A stretch of DNA of 64,000 nt from Dimorphilus gyrociliatus (Eukaryota > Animalia > Annelida). Location: NCBI GenBank assembly GCA_904063045.1, contig CAJFCJ010000026.1, forward strand, positions 801,717-865,716, given 5' to 3'. The notes below the pieces were generated by a model. That model had not been told where the DNA came from, searched no databases, and saw only the letters and a program-made list of their open reading frames with translations. The position numbers and the translations under genes were made by a program. Below are positions 46,797 to 58,299 of the stretch, piece by piece (the stretch's first letter is position 1; the number at the start of each line of letters is the position of its first letter).

Positions 46797-49299
46797 AAGA
46801 TTTTAGTTAAATTTCTCAACTAAAGCTTCTGATTGAGACCTTCCAATCGTTCAATCAAATCTATTTATTGTTAATCGGTTTAAATTTACCTTATCGTAAA
46901 TAAATTATGTACAGGATTAAGCTTTATTGGAAAAGAAACGGGTTTTTCTTAAAATTATTTCTTTTGCAACCCAAACATTGCTATGTTTGATATCTGATAA
47001 TACTGACAGAAACACAAGTAGCATGTCTCACTAAAAAGCTTGGTAGAGTTGATTGTTATGTTCTAAGTTATCCGTAGAAAAGATGTTTGTTCATTATTGC
47101 TTTGACTTTAATTTTTCTTTTCTTATGAAAGCTGTGGAAAGACTTTAATTCTTTAGATTTCTGCATTCGTTATTTACAATCAAATAAAGGACAAAGGGAA
47201 TTATCTGTTTTATTTCAGGCGTATAGATCCATAACTATACCATAATTAGTATTACAATTAACTGTGGTAAATATTCTTGAATATTTAATGCTTTTTCAAT
47301 TCTTTCAATGTTTTCAAACAAATTTTCTTCGAAATCAGATGAACCGATTATTCAATTGCTAGATACACTGAACAATTACGAAAAAAGTATATTGTTTGGC
47401 GAAGTATTCATACTATATTCCGTAGCCAAGGTAAACGAAATAGTAAATCTTTACCTGTTTTCATCGACACGTAGCATTTAAAGATGGCGCGAATACATAC
47501 GTTTATCGCTTCGCTTTTTCGCTTTTCCGCAAAAAAAGACAACTAAACTATGGCGCTTTTTTTATAACAAAGACAACGGAATCCGCTTATTTGCTTTGGT
47601 AAGAATTGTATATTGTTGAGATGTAAAAATTGCAATATATTTTCCTAATTTTCAGTATTGCGCTAACTCGGCACAATTTCAACACGTTTGAAAGTAAGTA
47701 TAAACAAGTTAATTTTAATTACAAATACAACTGATTAATTGTTTATTATTTTTTTCAGTATTCCCCTTATTTCCGCAAAGAATGACATATTTAAACTGTC
47801 AAAGTTTAACGCGTCTAACATCTCCGGCAAGTTCGCTTTAAGGTCTTGTGACCACCGCGAGGAGGTTTGATTTTCGCCGCGTAACATTTGATTTTGGTTT
47901 TTATTGCAATATCGCATTTTTTTTACCTTGTGTAAACCGCTTACGGTTCTGCTGAGTTAACTCGGTTCGGTTGAAGTAGCTACGATATACAAGACTCGAA
48001 AGTCTCGAATTGACTGATAATGCGCGATCATTTCTAAGAGCGTTTTTTTGTTATATTCTCAAAGACTATTGTGGGGGAAATCTGTAACACTTTTCTATTT
48101 TTGAGCGAGCAATTGAACAAAATGAAAGTAACTTTAAAACGGAAGTGCACAGATTCAGGATTATTAGCTAAACGTTAATTTTTACTATGATGGAATTGGA
48201 ACTATGCTTTCTCTATCAATAAAGCAAATCATTAACGTTCTTTCGGGACAGGATCATCATTTTATTGATCAATAAAATGTAACCAATGATTATAATACTA
48301 CAAATTCGAAATTGGATGATACGCTAATATCAATAACGTTAATAAGCGCTTTTTGCGAATGTGACTTTAGTTTTGACTGCTGGAGGTAGTTGAAATTAAA
48401 TATTTTGGGGCTTTATGAATTGAGAAAATTGGTAAAGAGTGTCGGTCGAAATAACGTTATCCTACGTTGTATATTTACAATGGTGTTTATGCTTCAACCA
48501 ATAATAATTAACAAATCTGGTGCCTTTATCTTAGCGGTTCATCTGACAAAATTGAGTTTGTACACTATGTTTTAGAGATTACGAATGCGTGATCAAGTTA
48601 GAAGATGCCTGCCAACCTATACTGAGTATCGATACTTTGAGGCATCTATCAAAATTCTTTCTTTATTGAAAATACCCTCTAATTATTGTCCAAAGTTTAC
48701 TGATTCTCTTTAGTGGATTGTACTAAAGACATTTTGTCGATCAAGGAAACTTTAAACTAAAATATTTCATATACCTACCGAATTTACAACTTTTAAAATA
48801 TCAACCATCTGCAAGTTGGAAACAACTTGATATTACTTATATCAACTTTTAGATAAATTGCGGCTTATCTATAATTTTCTCTAAACATCTCAAATTTCAA
48901 ATGATAAAAGTATTCGTTTTAAACCGCTTAAATAGTTTAGATTACTTTACAAATGTAATTTATTCTCATTTGTTAAAGTTTGGTAAGTGTATGGCTGCGG
49001 TACCATAGCCCTTCCTGCTAATTGTTGTGATTACATAACACCTTTTATACATTTGTAGTAATATTCAAGTTTCAAGAAAGAAGACAGGTAATTCCTTTTG
49101 ACAAACTGTAAAAATCTCAATTATAACTTTTTCTTATATAAAAATTGAAAGGATAGAAGATAAACTTAAGTTTACATGTAAGTATCATTGTTTGGAACTA
49201 ATATACTTTATTTGTAGCCATATACCCTCTACTCTGAGAATCAATGAAATTGAAATAATTGGCCAAGCAAGCATTCAATAATGCTTAATTCTCTCATTA

Positions 49300-49697
49300 G
49301 TACCTGTCCTGTTGAAAGAATTTACGGACGATCCTTTATACGTCGAGTGAATCCCTCTAGATTTCGTCCAGCATGCGTCCTTCCAAACCGTTCTGCATGC
49401 AGCCACCTAGGTTCGATAAAGGTGATTGTCTCTGTATGAGTTCACCAGTCCTGTTATTAGTATTAAATCTCTTAATAGTGGCTCTGCATGCGTTAACTCA
49501 AGTTGAACAATGGTGGCTTGCATACTTTCACTCAGGTTCCTCATATGGTGGTTTGCATGTGCCCATCAATCGTCCAATGGTGGCTCCACTTGTATCCATG
49601 CAGGTCCTGCAAGGGTGATTTTGTGTGCAAGCACCAGTCCCTGCGTGCATCCACTATTGTCCTTAGTTTTCAAGAATTTCAAATTCATTATCATCAA
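49300..49697 (+). pseudogene. Decayed Cys-rich exon, possibly EGF-like repeats
   Basis: Locally higher GC; AG before and GTAAGT after. Fragments TCP..YG, LNSGSACVN, NGGSTCI and CASTSPCVH fall in different frames, with an internal repeat. Confidence 0.35.
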
Positions 49698-51541
49698 AGT
49701 AAGTACATTTAAGAATTTTTAGGGAAACTGCAGAAATATTTAAAGCATTCTTTTTTTTTAGACATGGCCGATACATTGATCCTCAATGATTGGTTTTCAT
49801 GATTAATAGGAGAAAGGCTAAAGAAGTTATTGTAGTTGAATTGTGTTGCGTTATACTTGTATAACGGAATATTTTCTACACATGGCTGATCATTTGCCTG
49901 TACACTGCCATGTTTCTCTGCGAAAGATGATTTAATTATTCGTATAGTCTGAAGATGAATGATAGGCCGAAGCAGATGATGAAAACAGTCAATTATTAAA
50001 CATTACTCTCCTTTTTGGAGACTTGTTTCTTGACATTTTCTGATGCTGATAAGCAGAGGCAGATGACGAAAATAAGTCAATGGTTAGACATATTTGGAGG
50101 TTTGCTTTTGATGTTGTACAGTGGAGGACATTGAAGACGATTGAGCAGTAGAGACAAATGATGAGAGGAGAACTCTGATATAATTTTGACTAGATATGCA
50201 CTTTGGTCGGTAACGATTGTGCATAGCTAAATGATTGTGTGTTTTTTTATATTATTTTTTATTTATTGTCTTTACACCAAGTTGCTTGACGTTAATAAAA
50301 CTGTTGGGAAAAAATCAGTATACCATGTATATATTCTGGGAATACGACTGAATTCAGGTCATTAAAATGTCTTTCTTAATATTTTTACGTTCACCTATAG
50401 AAGACGTTTGAATTGTTAAGGATCATAGCTTATACTATTAATATTGATAGAAATATCTTCAAAACAAATAATTAAACGAAACAAAATGTGCAATTTAAAC
50501 AAACACTACAGAAATAGCTTTTAGTTTATCTCCACTAATTATTCTTTGGATAAAAAGTTGTTGATCAAATATTGTATTGAAAGTTTATAATCAATTCGAA
50601 AAAATCAAAGAGATTAGCAATTTCATATTTTTTAGGCTAAAAAAGTTTTGGAACGAAATCTTTTTATGCAAGATATTGTTGAACAATTTGATAGAGAAAG
50701 GGCTCGAACATTCACAAAAGATAATTTCCATTGCCGATTACAAAAAGAAGATCAATTTAGATTTGCAGATAGTTTATTTTCCAGTCAATTTTGCTTATAC
50801 ATATAAATTTTACATCGAAAGTAGATTTCCCCTTGAATACTGTTGTCTTGAGCATCCTCTGCCATCTTTTTTAAGGGTAATATGATATAGTTATATTAGC
50901 TTCCGACGAGGGTAGTATAACGATATCGTTTCTTCTCTAAAAATGGGTAATACAATTCGCCAAAATCCCTTTTTTCAAGTGTCTTGTCAGTTTCGCTTGT
51001 AAATATTTATTTTCAACTTGAAATGCATAATCTAGCTTCTCAAACTTCAACAGATCAAGGAACTTTCTATCTAAATTTCTGATGTTTTTCCTCCAGTTGT
51101 TGAAGGAGCTGAAAATAAAAATATTTAAAGTTTGAAAAACTAACTGTTAACTATTAGAAAGTCTTTTATTTATAATATAATTAATGTGGTCTTAAAGTAT
51201 TTTCTCTTACATATCTAATAATTTACGATAAATAAAGATTTAATATAATGTTTCTTATTGACATGTTTAAAATGAGCGATAATTCAACAACGATATAATT
51301 TATATAGCTATTATGTGTTCTACCCTTTCAAAAATGCTAACAGACAATTCTTTATGTGCCAATTACGATATTTTCAAAAGATTATTTATTAAATAATTGT
51401 TAAATACCTTATAGGAAAAGGAAATTTTGAAACATTCGCCCAAGTGTTCCTCGACCATGACCTTTAAAATAAAAGAATGTTTCGCTTTCTTTATGACACG
51501 TGGCATTGTTATTTAAAAAATCCACCTCGATATCCCCTGAC

Positions 51542-52418
51542 ATGGATGACGAAAGGAAAGTATTATTAATACGGTTGGTCGAAAATAACCCAAGATTGTG
51601 GGACATAAAACATACTGACTACAAAAAAGTGAATGACAAGCAGATATATTGGAGCATTATAGCAGAGACATTAGACGTAGATGTTGAAATAGTGAAAAGT
51701 GAATATTACAAATTGAGATCAAGCTTTTTTAGAATTTTAAGGAGGCAAAAGCAAAATAATAAGCAATCCGAATGGAAATTCTTTCCACTAATGACATTTT
51801 TAATGTCGCAGGTTCGTTTTAAAATTTAATTCTTTTTTTTTTAAAAGAAAACTTTTTATAAAATTTCAGCCCGACCCGAATAATAAAAAAGTTATAGTAA
51901 ATGTTCCTGATCTGAGTATTACTGAAGAAAATTATACTCCTGAAGATTTCGCCTATGATGATAAGTTCTCTTTTTAATAAAACTCTGTCTTAATATTAAT
52001 TTCATTCATTTTTCCGATTAATAAGGTTAACTCTGGATTATAAGTTTGATGAACCCACATATGAAATTGATCATACAGCTTCAGCTACACCTTTAGATGA
52101 TAATTCAGGCGATGAAAACGATCTTGTTGTTATGAATAGCACAAAGGGAAAAATGGAATCAGACAAATTGTAAATATTTACTGTGTAGATCCTTATTAAC
52201 GTTTATATTTACATATGTAATTCTTCTATAGGCATAACGATAACACTAGCTCATCAGAAAAGGGATATAAGGAGCAGGATAATGATAGGATATTTGCCGA
52301 ATTTCTCTATCTAGAATTTAGAAAGTTGGACGGATTTTTAAAAGATGAGGTTAAGTTGAAAATTCATAGATTACTCGTCGAAGAGAAAAAAAGATTCCAT
52401 TCGAAGAATCAAATGTAA
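51542..52418 (+). CDS. MADF-BESS domain protein, 231 aa, 4 exons (51542-51811, 51870-51964, 52026-52169, 52232-52418)
   Basis: MADF: LIRLVENNPRLWD..H.DY..W..IAETL....KLRSSF..W.FF..M.FL. BESS-like: DRIFAEFLYLEFRKLDGFLKDEVKLKIHRLL. Three 58-62 nt GT-AG introns keep the frame. Confidence 0.9.
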
Positions 52419-53136
52419 TTTAAGAAATTTATGCAAATTTTTATTCTCATTATCATATATTGAATAGTTGTAGACAAAAGTCATTGTATTTATCCCATTT
52501 GTTACTTGAATTTATTGACAAATACTTAATAAAAATCCCTATGTAAACCATCTTAAAGAGGCGATATATGATAAAAAAAATTCGCATGTGATACTATCCC
52601 ATCGTTTCATAAAGATGTTGATAATGATTACAAGACAAATTCCATCCAATCTACATGAAAGATACTTCAATTGAGGATGAGAAGAGAAAAGTTTTCAAGG
52701 CCAAAACGAAGGTATACTGTCGATAACTTAAAATTTAGCTGGGATGACTGTAAAAAAAAGGAATACAGAAGAAATAAGATCAACGTATTATAATACTGAA
52801 TATTAATAATACAATTGTTTAGATAGGATAAGTGGTATCTATCTGAAAAAGGATAATTTTACAAACCGTTACTCTTAGGGATAACAGAAATATGTTGATC
52901 TTGTATATATTAAGATATATTTCGCAATTTTTCACACTTTAGAAATGTTAACGAAGATTTTCAGGTCATAGAATATTCATTATACTAGGACGATAATATA
53001 ACATTTATATTAAGTATTATCAGGATTAGGGATACCGTGATCTTGTCCATAATTGGTTAATTGAGCCTGTTTTTCAAAAGTAAAATAATAAATATAAACT
53101 GGTATTCTATACATAAAATCTCGTGGCTGTTGAAAA

Positions 53137-53541
53137 ATGGAAAACGAAGAACCGATCGTTAGATTATGTACTAAACTCGACATTATCCAGAGTCTAGAGG
53201 ATGGCCAAACTGTTAGGGAATTGTCGCGAGACTTTGACTTGAATGAAGATATTATTGAACAAATATGGTGGGAAAGAAGAAAAACTAAACAGAAGATAAG
53301 AAGGGCTAAAGCGGCAAAAAGAAAAAAAAAGATTAAAAGACGAGAAGAACTTGAAAAGGAGAATACTGAGGTGACGGCAAGTATTGAAGATTATGAATGT
53401 TTCGAGACCATACAGTTTTTAGAAAAGAATTTAATGGATTGCGAACGTAGAGAGGATTTGCTGTCAGCTTTGTACAGCGTGAAAAAGGATTTACAAGAAA
53501 ATAAAATTAAAGAAGGTCTGTTCAGTAAAGTATTTACTTAG
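53137..53541 (+). CDS. HTH-psq/CENP-B N-terminal domain protein, 134 aa (pogo/Tigger-derived, no DDE)
   Basis: KLDIIQSLEDGQTVRELSRDFDLNEDIIEQIW..R fits the psq HTH. A basic stretch follows, then a helical tail like Tigger C-termini. Intact intronless ORF. Confidence 0.75.
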   Translation: MENEEPIVRLCTKLDIIQSLEDGQTVRELSRDFDLNEDIIEQIWWERRKTKQKIRRAKAAKRKKKIKRREELEKENTEVTASIEDYECFETIQFLEKNLMDCERREDLLSALYSVKKDLQENKIKEGLFSKVFT

Positions 53542-53839
53542 CTACTTTCTGTTAATTTCAAATTGTCTTATTAGAGCTTTTTTTTGGTTTAGTTCTTGTA
53601 TTATTATGACAATAATAAATATGAACAGTAAACAATGTGAAACAGCGATTAAGAATTCTTAATTTAAACATAAGCAAAGCTCCTATAAAATCTGACGTCT
53701 ATGTTCATACAATATAGTATTTGCAGTTGACAAACTATTAAAAGTTTAATTGTATACTTTCATTTCAAGACTTTTGAGCCAGGTAAACTTTGGAGACTTC
53801 ACACGTATATTTGTTCATCTGTAATGACTTTTCTAAATG

Positions 53840-53841
<2 letters not shown>

Positions 53842-53873
<32 letters not shown>
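53842..53873. repeat. (TC)16 microsatellite
   Basis: Direct reading. Confidence 0.97.
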
Positions 53874-53875
<2 letters not shown>

Positions 53876-54807
53876 GTAATTCATATCTGGAAATGCTCTG
53901 CACGCTGTAGAATACGTTCAGGCAGTCTGGAAGCTGCATTTTACTGCGGACCCTTATAATTAGACGTAATGTCTCTCAATGTCTTTCTCTTCTGAAGAAT
54001 TGAGAGAGTTCCTGTGTTTCCAGACTCTAGAAACTCAGCCAGTAATCTAACATGAAAACAAAATTAAAAATAAGTTATACGCAAAATTTTAACGGTTCAA
54101 CCACTATATATAGTTTATACGTACTTTAGAAGGGTTTCCGGTTTTCCCAACGAAAACCCCTCTAAAGTAACGGTCTGTATGTGCCGAACATAATGGAACC
54201 GGATATCCGACTTGGATGAATGATGGAATTCGGTACCAAAAATTCGAAAAAGAATTTTCAAATTAGTAACACCTACATTTTTACGTAAATGAGTTATTCA
54301 ATACATTAAATAGAAGGGATAATTAAATGAAAATGAAACAAATTCTTGTTTACCTATGATAATATCTCGTAGTTAACTATTGTATTGTTTTAGGCGCTAT
54401 CACTGCATCTTCATCATTTGAAGATTGACTTCCCGTTATATTTCGCTTTAAACAACAGTTATTAAGAGCATAATCTAAGTTGTAAAACTAAAATGTAGCT
54501 GTTAATTTTTATATTTTGTATATTCTGCTGTATTAGATTTCTTTAAATACATTTAACGGGTCATATTTTTACTTAAATGTAAATTATTTTCAACCGTATG
54601 GCGCCATTTTTTATATTCTTTTTTACGAACATAATATCTCCTTCAAATAATTATTTGCTGAATAAAATATTTTTCTTACTAAAATGTACAGAATAATTTT
54701 TATTAATGGTAAATGATTCATATTTTTTTTATACGAAGATACATATTGATTTGAATTTGAATCCGTTTCATTTTACCACGTGCAAGAATCCGATACACTT
54801 GGGAACG

Positions 54808-55808
54808 ATGTATGAAAATGATAATGTCATGAGCGGCCTTGATGATGATCAAAGGACAAGATTAGTTGACTTGTTTAAGGAAGCCCCGGAGTTGTATGAT
54901 AGAGGCCATCCACGTTTTCATAAAATTACAAGCTCTTCAAAGATATGGAGCAATTTGGGTCTGGAAGTTGGGCTTCGAGGTGACGAAGTAAGAGAAATTT
55001 TTAGCACATTGAAAGAAACAATGATTGATTTGACGGCAAGAGTGAGAGAATCTCTAGTGGGACCACAAAAATTATCAAGAAGCGAATTGAAGTTCATCGA
55101 CAATTTTAGCTTCTTAACTCCCGATAGCGTAAGAATTTTCTTATAATTATAGAATGTTATTATATTGTCATTCAACCAGGGGGGGGCTTCAGCTATCTCG
55201 AGTCCGGACAAATTCTCGACGAAAAGAGAATATCCTGGAGCTTCCGAGTCTGCAATAGAGACAATTGATCTTGAGTAAGTCGTTTGCTGTTGATTTTTAG
55301 ATACTTTTACTTTTTGACTCTATTTCAGTGATTATGAATCGCCTCCGTCAAGTCCTAATCGGGAATCTGCACCATCTGCAGTTGTGAACGCTCCTCCACC
55401 CCAAAAGAAGATAAAATTGGAGAACTCTGATCAATTTGAAACGTAATATAAGTATTCATTTTCTTAGAAAAAATACTATCAGACAACAATGAACCCAATT
55501 AGTAACACAATAAAAATTAATAGTAGTAGTAGGATTTTATTGTTTTATATATAAAAACGATAAACAGACTTCATAATTTTCATTTTTTACAGACTACATA
55601 ATCTTATTAAGATTGTTCGCGACACTAATATGGATATCGATGAAGATGAAGCTTTTGTTAGATTTGTGTATACTGAACTTAAGAAAATGGAGCCAAATAT
55701 GAAAGATCAAGTGAAATGGCGCATTCAATGTATCATGCATAATAGGTTCGATTTTAAATGTGTAATTAATAGCTGATAATTAAAATCTATCTTTTCAGCA
55801 AATCTTAA
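54808..55808 (+). CDS. MADF-BESS domain protein, ~230 aa, 5 exons (54808-55128, 55180-55274, 55329-55442, 55593-55745, 55799-55808)
   Basis: MADF: LVDLFKEAPELYD..HP.F....IW..LG. BESS: DEDEAFVRFVYTELKKMEPNMKDQVKWRIQCIM. All introns are GT-AG and frame-compatible; the last micro-exon is less certain. Confidence 0.85.
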
Positions 55809-56350
55809 AGAGAAAAATCTTCATAACTATTCTTCTATTCGAAATTTCAAGTCATATGACGAGTTATATGTTAATAAATGTCTTAAGAGCATTTTGTTGA
55901 TTAAGAATTTATTCTTGTAAATGTCAGATAATTTGAAGAATTTTTTGTAGATATAATACATATGGAAAAATGTTTGACTGTGTATAAACCCCTCTTTTGA
56001 TTTATCTTCATTCATTGGGAATGAGATTCGGAAGTTTACTAACAATAAAGTCGAACGAAGCATTTTCGTTATTTAGGAGAAGATAGTACGATTAGTTGTC
56101 TTATCTATTATTATTTTTTTACACAATAATGATAAGATTTAGGGTATACCCAAAATACAATAGAATATCTATTCAATGATTGCTTATACAAAAAAATTAT
56201 ATTAATAAGAGAAGGCTTAAAAGCATGAATAAAAGAATTTTATGTAGAAATTCGAAACGGTCTCGATCTCGTCTGAATTTGGTCACGTGATGTTCAGGAA
56301 ATCTTCAGCTTGTTCTTATCCTTTGAACGAAAAGCGCACGATTTATCGCT

Positions 56351-57134
56351 ATGTCCGATCACACAGCTTATAAAAGCGTAAGGACAGGAGTTTATACTTC
56401 ATTGTAAATATATTAATATTTACAAAAATATGTTGTAGAAATAAATTAATATTCATGCTTTATTTAGGAATAATTCTTCGGAGAATATTGATGGCCATTT
56501 TCGTTTAGAATTTCGAAGTGTCTCATTTCGCAATTCCTCTAACGCAAATGCTCAGAGAGTAAGTAATTCAGGAAACAGCCCTGGATCATCTTCGGCCTGT
56601 AACAGAACTCAATGTTATGCCAGAAGAGAGATCTCTTTGAATAGGACATCTCGCAATGGTGAAACTGGATCTGTTAACGAAATTTTTCGAAGAAGGGATA
56701 ATCCAGGAAACAACCCTGGATCGTATTTGACCGGTGCCAGAGCCCATTATTTTTCCAGAAGAGAGATTCATTTGAATAGATTTTATTCTTATTCTAGGAA
56801 TTTGAGACACTACAGCTTTGCTGCTGGTGGAAGAGGATCCAGCCTCTCTTACGCCAATGCTAATAGAAGTGGTGTTGTCAGTGAAGAGAGAGTCAGAAGT
56901 AACATATTCGAAAGATCTCAAAGACAAACGAACGATCTTGGAGAACAACAAGAGTCTCCTAATAATAATAGTATTGACTTGAACAGGGTAAGCGATAAAA
57001 GTCAGCAAGTTGGATTTTTCAACTAATTCTTACGATATAATCGTTTTGATTAGGTTCCGTTTCGAACGAGCAGAGAAGGAAACGTACCCGCTTCTACAAG
57101 CTTAGGTATCAGTTCAATTCAATTTAATGGCTAA
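56351..57134 (+). CDS. Orphan Ser/Arg/Asn-rich protein, 217 aa, 3 exons (56351-56403, 56468-56987, 57054-57134)
   Basis: Continuous spliced frame MSDHTAYKSVRTGVYTSL|NNSSEN...DLNR|VPFRTS...QFNG* with 64- and 66-nt GT-AG introns. Internal repeat SGNSPGS..ARREISLNR / PGNNPGS..SRREIHLNR. Confidence 0.75.
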
Positions 57135-57443
57135 GAAACAGAACAATCAAATAATCTTATCGTTTGATAAAATTGTGTTACGTGTGATAAAGTTCTCTTT
57201 CAAGCGAATAAACTTAAACATTTGACAAAAGAACTCATTATTATTATTATTTGCAGTTGAGTGCGAGTTTTTTGCAGATTACTCTTAGTCATTTTTGAGG
57301 TTGTTTTTGAGTTGTTTAGCAATAATTGAGTTACTACTCTAAAAAATCCTATAAAAACGCCACCGAAAATGTTTGACACGTCACTTCTCTTTAGCGGTCT
57401 GACAATTGTTCATCGACTAAACGATCTACTAAAACGCAGCAAA

Positions 57444-58262
57444 ATGCCAAACTATTCTTTCAACGGTACCCGTAAACCTGGACGCTATGTTAATTCATGG
57501 TAAGATGCTTTGAATACTTATAATCTTTAATGTTTATTAAAACTATATCAATAATTCTTCGTTTGAAGGAGCACCGAGTCTGCAGAGACAACTCCGAAAA
57601 GCTCTTGCTTGAAATTTCGTCGCATGAATTCCTGCGAAACGAGGGATGAACGCCAACGCGAACTGGAGAATCATACTGAAGCTAACAAGGAGGGGAAAAT
57701 TTTAGAACGAGACGTTATAACAGACGTTTCCACTTTTGTATCCCAGGTACCTCCTGAAGAACTTCTAAAAAATGGTACAAAAGGCATGCAGAAAGCTGCC
57801 GAGGCGAAACCCGTTTACGTCGATCCATCTTGTTCATATACAGCAGTCAAGTCGACTACCGGTGGCAATCCTTTTAAACGACAAGCGAAATATAACGTGT
57901 CAGGACAAACAAAGAAAGAAGCAGCCTATCAACAACAGCTAGCAGAAGCAACCCGAGCAGCCAAGCAAGCTAGTGAGCGCGGAATACCAAGGCTGCAGGT
58001 ACTTAATGACGATAGTTATCTGCGCAATATGGGCAGTGATGAGGTATACTTATGAACATGTTTAAAAACTTTCATAATCCAATTTAAATTAATTAAATTA
58101 CATTTCAACCTTCAGAAAACCACAGAACTTAGAAAATGCCCCTGCTTTCGCAAGGATGAGATGGCTCTTCGCATGGGAATTGAAATTGAGAAATTGACCA
58201 AAGCAAATTTGAAAGTGACAACAGCGAATAAAAAGAAGGGATCGAAGGATGACGGAGCTTAA
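57444..58262 (+). CDS. Orphan hydrophilic protein, 225 aa, 3 exons (57444-57499, 57569-58043, 58116-58262)
   Basis: Spliced frame MPNYSFNGTRKPGRYVNSW|STESAE...GSDE|KTTELRKCPCFRK...KDDGA* with 69- and 72-nt introns. TATAAAA at 57350. Confidence 0.8.
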
Positions 58263-58299
58263 TAATGCTGTAAAAATTTGAAATTAAGTTATTGTTTAT

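Noticed and set aside
51500-55808. MADF genes as the accessory ORF of an autonomous Harbinger transposon
   Set aside because: No HARBI1-like nuclease ORF or TIRs found nearby, and both genes carry BESS domains typical of host factors.
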